A stretch of DNA of 64,000 nucleotides from Antedon mediterranea (Eukaryota; Animalia; Echinodermata), in NCBI RefSeq assembly GCF_964355755.1, contig NC_092671.1, forward strand, positions 25,556,070 to 25,620,069, in the 5' to 3' direction. The notes under the pieces were generated by a model that saw only the letters and a program-made list of their open reading frames with translations, searched no databases and had not been told where the DNA came from. Positions 13,501 through 22,841 of this stretch are shown here, piece by piece. Every line of letters begins with the position of its first letter. Within the stretch, counting starts at the first letter, position 1. Made by a program: the position numbers and the translations under genes.

Positions 13501-16500
13501 GACCATTTCAAGGGAATTCATGTTTTTTCGTCTTGATTTCTATTACAAATATCTGATTTATGTAAAATTAACCAGATATTATATTTAAAATTCATGCCTG
13601 TACCTGAGCTTTAAATTAAAAATCCATGACAAAGTTACAAATTCGGTGACCTATTCCAAGTCTACAAATCATGTTTACTATTAGCCCTAGCCCATTCAAT
13701 ATTTGTATATGGTCTCTCCTCTTTATTCTTACCATATGTAAATATGTTTGAGTAATCAATTACAGTTTTTCCAAAGATATTGACCCTCTCTTTTCCTGGT
13801 ATTGGCTCAATTCTCATCTAGTTAAAAACAAAAAATAGGTTAAACTACAATTTCTATCCTTGGTCATATGGATGGGTGTATTATTCGAAAAGAGAATGAA
13901 TGTTTTATGAATGCTGCAAACAATAAGGCAAACTTAGACTTAGTCGGATGGCTCTCAGTATTCAGACTGTCAACTGTTATAGTCAGGCAGCATTTGTATT
14001 TTACTTCATATATTTAGCCAAGTTTGATTTTTCACTTTTAAGTGATCAAGGACATCACAACGAACAACTTCCAACTTGTTGTCCAAATTCTAAACGCGTT
14101 TTTCATTCGCTGGGGGCGCCTTTTTCAAAATGGCCGCTTATGCTATCAAGTACTTATATCTCGGCAACCACTAATCGTAGAGACTTGGTTTTAATCTTTA
14201 AATGTTCGTAAGGTACATATTTCTATTTACTCTAATGGAACATTTTGACCAGAAATAACTGGAAATGCCATTTCTGACCATTTGACCTTTGACCTTCTAT
14301 CATCATATCTCGGTAACTAATGGTCACACAGACTTGAAATTTGTTTCAAATTGTTCGCAGTATGCCTTTTTATATTTACTGTAATTAAATGTTTTTTTTT
14401 TAAAGCAAACAGAAATGCCATATCTGACCTCTTGCCCTAATGCATGTAATATCCACAACTGAGAGACTACATATTTGTCTAGTATTGTTTATAACTTGTA
14501 CCGGTACTTGTGGTTTTGTTGATGATATCCCTTGTTCCAAAATCAATATTTCAAATCACCAATGGAACTGTTATAATAAATAAATACATACCATAAATAT
14601 TGATGATAGTCAGATTCCCTCTCCAGTCAATAAAGTTCATCGATATCGTCTACTAGCTCTACATTCGAGTCCTTTGTATTCCCACATCCATCACCACACT
14701 CACATGCATCAGTACAGAGCAAGTTGTTTTTCTTACAACTACAGCGATTTGTTGAGCATGATCCATTTTCAGTTACATCGACGAATTCCTAGAAGAGCTT
14801 CTGGTGCTGGTGGATTGTTGCAAAATACCGGCTTCAAGTGACCATCTTCTAGTTTGCCAAGAGTAGTCAGTTGCTGGTGAAATAGATGGAGTTGGCTTGC
14901 ATGATGAATTCCATACAATAGACATGTAGTATGCTCTTTCCACGTGTGGTCTAAGAGTTCCCATAGTTGGAGGTAATTGTTGTCCTTCCTTGCCTTTCTG
15001 TGCAAATAACATCCATCTCAAGTCTGTGACATAATCTGCCTTGATCTTAGAAGTACTGTATAATATGCAAACATATCTTTCCATTTGCCTGAAAATCCAA
15101 TTTGGTATTTCAGAGGTCAGTCCATATACAGCAAATGCATCTAGTATTTCATCGTCACATTTCATAAGTGCTTTGAAATGGGCGGACACTCCTTTTCCAG
15201 CAAATGTACCTGTGTTATCTGTACCTTTAAATGCGTACCATCCAATCAGTGCTGCTGATATTTGTTTTCAAAGTCGGTAATAGCATTCCCATATAGGTAT
15301 TTTTTCCCCTCTTTTCCTACAAAATGTGGTCATTGGAGGAAGTAGAGGATAGCTTCCTGTTAAAAGGATAAAGACATCAGTATCTACAGAAAATATGTCA
15401 ACATTGGCACTTGGGTCTTTGTTCATACAATCAAAGGCATTCAATAAGACCAGTTGGTCCCCTTCTTCCAATGTGTGTTGTCCGTGTGTCATCTCTGGCA
15501 TCATGGTAATTTCTGAGAGATTTCAGTTTGCCATCATGTGATTTGTTACTAGGACCTTCTTCGTGTTGTTCCTGAAGTGATTAAGTATCTTCTCTGACAG
15601 GTATTTTGTAAGTTCAGCTTTGGTCTCTATGTGCGATAAAAATGTCTTAATGTTCTTAATCTCCGTGTTGTCATTGACATGGTAGTTGTTTTCTGTGTTC
15701 TCTTATCTCGTGTAGATTCTTTTAAAGATCCTGATAGATATTGATCAAATAAAAGACGAACTTCATCATATGGTTTGCTCATACCAACAATCAGGTTAAC
15801 AAATTCAGATGCAAAGTCAGAAGCATTGAACTTATCAGACACCTTCTTTACCATATTGACGACACACATTCCATCAATAATTAGGATTGATGCTGCTTTT
15901 GTATCATCTTTCTGTACAGGCCTGCTGAAACTAGGCTGGAACTAGTTTATAACTATTTAACTAAGGCCTCTCTATACAACATTTATATCAGCATAGGTAC
16001 ATTATTATACAAGTAAATGTATATGTACTAATAATAAGTATGATTTCCCAGCAAACACTGTTTAAATCGGTTTAAAAAACACTTGCCATTTAAACTCATG
16101 AAATCTAATCTGCTTGAACTTTCAGCCAATCACAGGCTAGGATTATGTATGGAGATAATGAGTGGCTTTTATTTATTTTAAAACTTTAATTACCAAGCTT
16201 AAGTGAATGTTTTAAAGCATCAATAATTTAAAAAACAATAATGTGTTGCAAATATGGATGTTCTGAGCAATCTATCGAAAAATGTTATCTATATTAACCA
16301 ACATGTTGTGGATATCACACAGGCTATGATCAAAGGTCCGATATGGTTTTTCCGGCCATCTTGAAACAAACCTTTGCATTAAAGCAAATAGAAACATGTA
16401 TTTTCTGAACAATTTGGGATAAATATCAACTCTTTCTGACCAATAGTTATTGAGATATGATAAGATCAGGTCAAAGGTCAAATGGTCAGAAATAGTATTT

Positions 16501-17307
16501 CCGGTCATTTTAGGGCAAAATGTTCCATTATAGTGAATAGAATTATGTACCTTATGAACATTTTAAGACTAAAACCAAGTCTCTACGATTAGTAGTTGCC
16601 GAGATATAAGTACTTGATAGCATAGGCGGCCATTTTGAAAAAGTGCCCCCAGCGAATGAAAAACGCGTTTAGAATTTGGACAACAAGTTGGAAGTTGTTT
16701 CTTGTGATGTCCTTGATCACTTAAAAGTGAAAAATCAAACTTGGCTAAATATATGAAGTAAAGTTAATATAGTGACAAATGCTGCCTGACTATTATTTAA
16801 CTGATAAAAATTAACCAATATATTAATATCTAAATGTGGAATCGGGACAAATTCCGCTCGAGAAAAGAAATAACAGATGATTTAAATATCTCAGTCAACT
16901 ATTACTCCCAAGTCTAAGGCCATGTTTCCGCAGCCAAAATTAACCGATGAAGTTCCTGTAGAAAAAAGGCATATAAATAAAACTGATTACTGTACGTTCT
17001 AGATTAGAAAAATTAACCGAAAATTTAAATTATCTCATTCAACTATGGCTAAATTATCGCATTTCCTTTTTAATTTGGCCTAAAAATGTGGAAAAAAAAC
17101 CTGGGCCCAAACGTCTCTGGATCAGAAATTGTTTTGCAACTGCTGTAATTGTTTTGCAACTGCTGTTTACCTGTCGGAACGGGAAAGAGTCAGTACCTTT
17201 CTAATTGTCACCAAATAACGTCCTGGATACCGTAAAAGATGATTTACAACAGGCTGCTTTAAATTATGGTAAACTTCCCTCCATGGATCAAGATATGATT
17301 CTGACAT
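4524..17307 (-). CDS. MTCH2: Divergent tandem MTCH paralog (copy B), 11 exons, 286 aa: join(17307..17197,13817..13733,13157..13051,12387..12322,11817..11708,7646..7587,6754..6664,6137..6105,5726..5650,4969..4900,4574..4524)
   Basis: All introns are GT-AG with matching phases; 861 nt with no internal stop. MTCH-like motifs: EPIP..NIFG, HIRKEDG..GLYRG, EIASR…YPF.V…R..QFVGKETLY, E.GI.GFF.GLVP, P.Y..W.DC. Confidence 0.88.
4900..4969 (-). CDS. MTCH copy B exon 10 (70 bp) LEAARKMPVYHKWTDCLRDLWRE
   Basis: tag|A…GAA|gtaag; matches PIYTSWIDCWCMLQKE. Confidence 0.88.
5281..5428. mobile_element. Short MITE, GTCTACACTATCAAAC family (other copies ~12105-12196 and ~39690-39830)
   Basis: Shared tgggcacatcaca core and tgatagtgtagacagagctt terminus among the three copies. 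Confidence 0.55.
5650..5726 (-). CDS. MTCH copy B exon 9 (77 bp) VSGFFVLQFLLPFDQTSLIMCVSNS
   Basis: tatag|GTT…GG|gtaag; matches VTGFFASMLTYPFVLVSNLMAVNNCG. Confidence 0.85.
6105..6137 (-). CDS. MTCH copy B exon 8 (33 bp) TQRTSIRDLSV
   Basis: acacag|ACT…GTG|gtaag, phase 0-0; position fits the expected short exon. Confidence 0.7.
6664..6754 (-). CDS. MTCH copy B exon 7 (91 bp) GLVPELIHEVCCVLILKGMYYLWSNVLDNQ
   Basis: ttcag|T…CAG|gttagt; matches GLVPRLLGD. Confidence 0.88.
7587..7646 (-). CDS. MTCH copy B exon 6 (60 bp) GWFPPFRHMYNESGISGFF
   Basis: ttttag|T…GT|gtaagt; matches IYREEGILGFF. Confidence 0.88.
8486..8809 (+). mobile_element. DINE-1/HINE-like (non-autonomous Helentron) element, 5'-clipped; the 5' end of a second copy is at 9278..9349
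   Basis: subTIR pair TACTCGGGGTAC (9284-9295) / GTACCCCGAGTA (8775-8786); 5' stem-loop CTCGGGGTACCCGAG; 3' hairpin GCACATTCGTGC followed by TTTTTTGTT. Confidence 0.6.
8876..8948 (+). pseudogene. tRNA-Val(AAC) pseudogene
   Basis: 73-nt tRNA-Val-like sequence with an AAC anticodon loop and an oligo-T terminator, but two acceptor-stem mismatches and a TTTGA T-loop. Confidence 0.75.
9164..9228 (+). pseudogene. tRNA-Val(AAC) pseudogene, 3'-truncated
   Basis: GGTTTCGTAGTGTAGTGGTT…TCTGC-TTAACAC-GCAGA…GGTTCGAGCC; lacks the 3' acceptor strand. Confidence 0.75.
10420..10666 (+). mobile_element. DNA-transposon end (TTAA-flanked AGCTCAGGTAC terminus), inverted partner of 13364..13614
   Basis: About 250 bp of reverse-complement similarity to 13364..13614. 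Confidence 0.7.
11708..11817 (-). CDS. MTCH copy B exon 5 (110 bp) TCKEIASRTVSTIISYPFLVVNTRCLAQFVGKETLY
   Basis: Clear match to MTCH2 TTREMIARSAATLITHPFHVITLRSMVQFIGRESKY. Confidence 0.92.
12322..12387 (-). CDS. MTCH copy B exon 4 (66 bp) MLNVLLPPRMNAASDLKAFSIE
   Basis: cacag|ATG…GAG|gtttg, phase 0-0; fills the variable loop. Confidence 0.75.
12530..12841 (-). mobile_element. tRNA-headed SINE with a Deu/Nin-domain-like core
   Basis: Minus strand shows an A box (TGGCCGAGTGG) and B box (GGTTCGAGGC), then CGGATGAGGACTATAAACC…TAAAGAACC…TTTCGAG…CCCCGGTGTAC. Confidence 0.65.
13051..13157 (-). CDS. MTCH copy B exon 3 (107 bp) NHIRKEDGIIGLYRGHYGLCRTNIIAGFTQMAVKK
   Basis: tag|CT…AAA|gtatg; carrier-type EDG..GLYRG motif. 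Confidence 0.88.
13364..13614 (-). mobile_element. DNA-transposon end, inverted partner of 10420..10666
   Basis: Ends …gtacctgagct-ttaa. Confidence 0.7.
13733..13817 (-). CDS. MTCH copy B exon 2 (85 bp) MRIEPIPGKERVNIFGKTVIDYSNIFTY
   Basis: tag|ATG…TAT G|gtaag; same size and phase as copy A exon 2. Confidence 0.88.
13980..16792 (-). mobile_element. AcademX-type DNA transposon, internally deleted, in MTCH-B intron 1
   Basis: About 345-bp TIRs (13980-~14325 and ~16438-16792); TAG…CTA termini; 3-bp TTA TSD on both sides; internal XPG/FEN-like and Cys-rich coding remnants. Confidence 0.8.
14627..15900 (-). pseudogene. Frameshifted C-terminal XPG/FEN1-like nuclease and Cys-rich domain of an Academ protein
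   Basis: IIDGM, FDQY…SLKESTR.KR, EEGD, SVDTDVFILL, GTDNTGTFAGKG, LPPT..L..HV.RA, and a C-terminal CNx..SCSTNRCSCKKNNLLCTDACECGDGCGN, spread over several frames. Confidence 0.8.
17197..17307 (-). CDS. MTCH copy B exon 1 (111 bp) MSESYLDPWREVYHNLKQPVVNHLLRYPGRYLVTIRK
   Basis: Same coding length as copy A exon 1; shares DPW and P..Y motifs; ends AAG|gtactg, phase 0. Confidence 0.75.
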
Positions 17308-17796
17308 CTTATCTTTCCGTGCGTATAGGCCTATAATAGGCCTAATGTCTAGGGGAGGCCTAGAAAAAAATATGAGAGCCCAGCCTACAGTCGATCCTCA
17401 CTAGCAGATCTCTTTTAGGTTTTTTCATGTGTTTGCTGCCCTCAAGAGTATTTAAAAGTTTGTTTTAAGGTTTTAAAGAGGAGTGCACACGTGCTTTTTT
17501 CACTCATCTATATAATTATAAATTTACGTAAGGGCAAAATTCGGTAAATCGCGCGTTATTTCTAGAATGTTTACTCGATGGTATATACAGTTGGTTAGAA
17601 TCTCGGTACTGATTTAAACCACCAGATGTAACCCTGTTTACTAATTAAATTGAGTTAGATAATTAGTTATTGACAATTAAAACGAATTTAGGTTGAACGA
17701 TTTGCCCCAAATAGGGGTGTTTTCCGACCGTAGTATACACTGTCTAATGGATGTCCTCTTAAAAAATACCTGTACACAATAATACGAGGATATTAT

Positions 17797-18558
17797 TGTG
17801 ACGATAATTATCTCCAAATAAATGCATCAAAAACAAAGGAGATGATCATTGATTTTAGGACTAAACATAAATTTAATTTTCAACCAATCACTATCAAAGG
17901 TAAAGAAATTGAAATTGTTGACCAGTACAAGTATCTAGGAATTGTTTTCAATGATAAACTGAGTTGGGGAGACCATATAGACTTCATCAGCAAAAAATTA
18001 AGTCCCAGAATGTATTGTATGAGAACTTTATATAAATTTAACTCCTGTGATTTGATGTTACTTTCGTTCTATAGATCCGTTATATGTAGTGTTTGGACGT
18101 ATTGCCTCTCCTGTTGGGCTGGTAATGTTACCGGAGGGAATAAAGGACGCCTTGAAACTTTCATCCGTCGGGCTGGTAAAATGATTGGTCTGGAACTGCC
18201 TTCCTTTACCGATGTGCACCTAGAACACCTCCAGAAAGATTTCGAACGCATTGAGTCGGATGCCTCTCATCCTCTCCACAAAGTGATCATAGACCAACTT
18301 AATCCAAGTGGTAGATTGAGGCTCCTCAGTGTGAAAACAAATCGATTTGCTAAATCCTTTATTCCTTCCGGTATCATCCAGTACAACAGGAAGTCAAGAA
18401 GATAATTTTATATTGTAATTTTTTTGATGTTTTTGTATGAATGGCTTTATGCTATATTTGTTTTTATAGTGTTTTCTTTGTTATTATGACGAGCAATGAA
18501 TTTCCTTTTTGAGGATCAATAAAAGTTATCTTATCTTATCTTATCTTATCTTATCTTA
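17797..18558 (+). mobile_element. 5'-truncated Rex1/Babar-like LINE (ORF2 C-terminus 17842..18405) with an (ATCTT)n tail
   Basis: N.SKTKEMIIDFR, YKYLG, SHPLH, TNRF.KSFIP; AATAAA followed by a microsatellite tail. Confidence 0.85.
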
Positions 18559-20355
18559 TGCTTCGCATTTTCCTATCTCCTCCTACGATAATTGTTTTTA
18601 ATAGCTGAAACCGGTTGAACAGTATCATAATGTTGAAGACTGGCCGATTTTCTTAAAAAAATACTATTTTGATAGATTTAATATACGTTTATACAAATGT
18701 ATTGATTTGCGATGAATGGAACATTCCAATCTCTCAGACTCCCAGTTTGTAGGTAAATTTATGAGCCCTCCATGGTTTAACACAAGTATGTACATTTATG
18801 GGCCCTTTGAGAATAAACTTAAAACTGAGATATAGCATTGCAATACTTTGACAATATTGTAAATACTGTACGAACCATTTTTGGTCACCATTTGAATCGA
18901 AATTTTCTTACTGTGAATGTGGTTACTGTTTATTGTATTAATTAGTAATTATAAAAAATATAAACGTCGTAGTGGTGTATCGTTACATGTACTTTACTAT
19001 TTTAATCGACTATACAGGCACAGTTTTAGTTTTTTGGACTCATTTTAAGACAAGTTTCTCCTTCGGAAGTAGGCCTAATTCCCAGTGTGCTAATTTTAGT
19101 TGACTACATTAATCATCGTGTCTATTTATTCGTTTCTGAAAACGACAATGTATTTATAGTCCTGTGGTACGTACATTTGAAATCACCAGTTTTTTTACGC
19201 TGAAATTACTGTGTATTCGAGAACCATCTGTGGATACCAGATCTTTCCAATCAGGTAGATCATCATAATTAAACATAGCCTGTCAATTATTCTTACGACT
19301 CGTTTTTAAATATATTATTAATATACTAGAACCTCCAGTTTCTTTTTTTTTAGAACTCTCAGGGAGCTCCTTTTCGAGATCATGTATACAACTAAAGCAA
19401 ATGTGTTATTCTTTTTATAAATGAATGCTGTGAATTCGTTTGAATTGCTAAAACTACAACAATATAACTTAAAATGTTTTTCCCAACCATGAAATTATAC
19501 CAATAAAAAACAACTGGCATCAAATCACTCAACTAACTAATGACTTGTGTGCATCGTTTATTTCTGTTGTTGACATTCATGTTAACATAAACATACATTT
19601 GTTCTACTGTACGTAACCACATAGTACTATATTTTAAATTAAAAAAGCCCATAAAACCTTAAAAAAGCCCAGAGTGGCTTCTTCTGGAAAACCACTTTTA
19701 CAAACCGAGGTGGGGCTTCTTTTCTAGATGGGCTTCGTATCAAAGGTTTACGGTGAACAAAACAATTAAAAAAATGTTGCTGAATAGGCCATTTAATGTC
19801 GTAATAGAAAAAAAAAATTATTTGGCTAATAAAACAGTAATGTATAAAGATAAAATCCTTTAACCAGAAGCGCATTGCCTAGAATGGGTTATTAATTAGT
19901 GAATTACAGTATAACATTATTTAAAAAAACAAAATGGCCTATAAAAAGTGTGATTTTATTCTTCATTATTTTTCATACTTATTGAATGTTGTCTCAGCAA
20001 AAGTATTTTCTATTGGAAATAATTAACATTATCAAGTACAAATTGTCCTAGAAATTAAAAATAAATTCATAAAAATATATATATTTCTGTTTTTTTATTG
20101 GTTATCAACACATAAAATTCATTCTTTCTGTTCATTAAACACAACTTTTCATCCTTGTCTTAATGCTAATATCATTAATTAATGCTGCCAACAACATTAA
20201 TGTTAATAACATTCTTTCTGTAGAAACATTACCCATACACTTATATAAACATTTATACACTTTTGGTAAAATTTCACATTTTTCATAAAAATACAATTAG
20301 CATTTAACAAAGCTAAAAATTAAATAATCTCAGACCTCCCAGGTCTTTCTCTAAT

Positions 20356-20850
20356 CACAGGTGTTCCCCAAAAACATGAAAAATGAAGATTAATTAATAA
20401 ATCAGATTTTGAATAAGCCATTTTGTAGTTTAATAAAGTTACTTCCGCATAAAAAAAAAAATTAAATGATGTTTTCACTTATAAAAAGTCATAATAGGCG
20501 GTTAAATTCAATCAAAAACCTGGCAGTCAATTTGACCATTTTTTTCTTTAAATTACAGTTTTTTTCAGGTATTTTTTTTCTTCGATAACATTTTTGTTCA
20601 AAGTGAATAAATATAGGGAACATCAAAATCACATAATAGTTTGACCAAGAATTTAAAAATTGGATTAAAAAAAATGTAAATAGTAGTCAAATTAGCTGCC
20701 ATCCAAAGGGTTTTTGGTTGAATTTAACCATTTGTTATGTCTTTTTTTATGAGGAAAAACATTTTTTTTCTACCAAAAGGGTTTAACTTTATTAAAACTA
20801 CATGGCTTCAAAGTCAAATTCAAAGTCTGATTGTTTTTGGCGACAATATA
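20356..20850. mobile_element. Degenerate palindromic MITE (Tc1/mariner-like termini)
   Basis: Inverted blocks: ccaaaaaca/tgtttttgg, and aatcagattttgaa…tgtagtttaataaagtta / taactttattaaaactaca…ttcaaagtctgatt. Confidence 0.45.
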
Positions 20851-21375
20851 TAGTTAATTCAAATTTGTATTGATAATATCCTCTTTACAATTTAAAAAAA
20901 TCTCATCTTAAAATTATTATACACTTTTTACCTACATTTTAGCACCATTTTTGTGGGCTGGCATCATCAAAAAATTACACATTCTTTTTCAGCTTAAATT
21001 ACAATACAATGTACAAATAATTATTATTGATTAATTATTATTATTATTAATTATATTGATACTATCATTGTATAATTGTGTCCTGTTTCCTTCAAGATAA
21101 GTCCTGAAAACAATTCAATGATATTTTGTTCACCATTCGTGGTATCCAAGGGTGGATCCAACATTTTTTCAAACAGGGGAGCGTCAACATATTAAAAATG
21201 GATATCAAAAATGTTAGCATCGAAACCTCTGGATCCATCCCTGTATTCCACCATACACATGCCATATTACTTAAATTGTATACTCAAATATGCAAAAATG
21301 CACACAGGTACACATTGTCAGAAAGCATTTTCAAAACATTTTCCTACAATCCTGCTTTTTGTTGATTAATAGATA

Positions 21376-21872
21376 TTAGAGAGGCTTCGCAATCTTACGA
21401 ATACGATAACGAAAACGGATACGTCACGCACACGTATTCGTTTTCGTAAGCCATAAAAAAATCTGTTTCGCATGGCAACGAAATATTGAGGCGCGTCCAA
21501 AATATGACTGTGGTAAATTTGAGCGAAGCGAAGGTACGTGTTGCTTGGTGCTTAGCTGCCTAGCGTAACATCAAAGCGAGTGAGGACTTTAAAAACTGCT
21601 ATTTATCAAAATTGAGCTGGCATTTTAGTAAATTACTTTAGTAAATTACTTTCAATAAATCTATAATTATATTATAATCATGAATCATTCCTAATTCAAA
21701 TGCAAAATAGATCAAAAACTATACTTGTTTTGTAGTTACGAATATGACTGGTGATATTCGTCAACACGAATACGCTTTACGAATATGAAATGGGGATCAG
21801 CTCAAAAGTTTCACAAATGTATGACGTATCCGTTTTCGTTATCGTATTCGTAAGATTGCGAAACCTCCCTAA
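21376..21872. mobile_element. MITE with ~50-bp near-perfect TIRs
   Basis: ttagagaggcttcgcaatcttacgaatacgataacgaaaacggatacgtca … tgacgtatccgttttcgttatcgtattcgtaagattgcgaaacctccctaa. Confidence 0.8.
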
Positions 21873-22613
21873 TGTTTCCCCACAGTTTAATCTATTTACA
21901 AACATTTTAAGGACTGTGTATACACTTCACATTCTACAATTGCCTCTGTGCCTGATTTGAGTATATTATTATTATTATCAATTAGTATCTCTTTGGCAAA
22001 AGAATTGAACGGCCACTGCAAACCAAACTGGTTACAAACCACAGTTACAACAATTACATCTACGATTCCACATAAACTTAAAGGATAATTATTTGGATAA
22101 TGTATACTCATTATCAGTCAGCAAAATAGTTTTGATAGTAAGGTAATTATTTATTGGAATAAATTAAATAATTGTTTACCTTAACAAAACACCTGCTCTT
22201 GCTCAGTATATCTAAAAATATACAATAGTTTAATTAAATTAAGGTGGTTGTTTGGTGAAACTTACTATCTTCTGTGACCGAACAACAGCAAAATACTATC
22301 ACACTGAAAAATCCTTTAATCATTCTGTGTACTACAATATTGTGGGTGTTTCAAGTTACAGCACCATACTATAGTCTGAAAAACCAATTGTGTACTGCAG
22401 ACGCATTTCCTCTTTAACTTTGTCGAGTGCCTTAAAACATTATTATGGATACCAGCACTATATAAGTCTGATTCATTTATTGATTTAATTTCAGGGTACA
22501 TCAATTAATTCAAAATCTCAAATAATCATCGCACCATATCGAAAAATTGACATTAACCTTTACGTGACCCTGTGCGGATTCAAACTCGCAAACTATGTCG
22601 TGGCTAAATTATT

Positions 22614-22841
22614 TCAAACATCTTCATCCAAATACTTGTGATCTATATTAACAGAGTCTGGTTGAAACATCTCGCGCACAAAAATGTCATGATAATGCAG
22701 AAGAAGAGTAGAGATAAAGACCGTAATGGCCCGAGGGGCTTCTAATGAAACAGTCTGACCAGGTGACCAGACAAGATTTGGCCCAAAAACAACAGCAAGG
22801 TTAGTGGCAGACATCTTATTTTTATCACTGTGCTTAACAAC
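22614..22841 (-). CDS. ARHGAP1: RhoGAP copy A last coding exon (228 bp)
   Basis: tag|GTT, VVKHSDKNKMSATNLAVVFGPNLVW…DEDV*. Confidence 0.92.
   Translation of the reverse strand, partial: VVKHSDKNKMSATNLAVVFGPNLVWSPGQTVSLEAPRAITVFISTLLLHYHDIFVREMFQPDSVNIDHKYLDEDV

Noticed and set aside
13980-16792. PIF/Harbinger assignment based on the TTA target duplication
   Set aside because: TAG..CTA termini, long TIRs and XPG-like plus Cys-rich coding remnants fit Academ; no Harbinger DDE or Myb remnants are visible.
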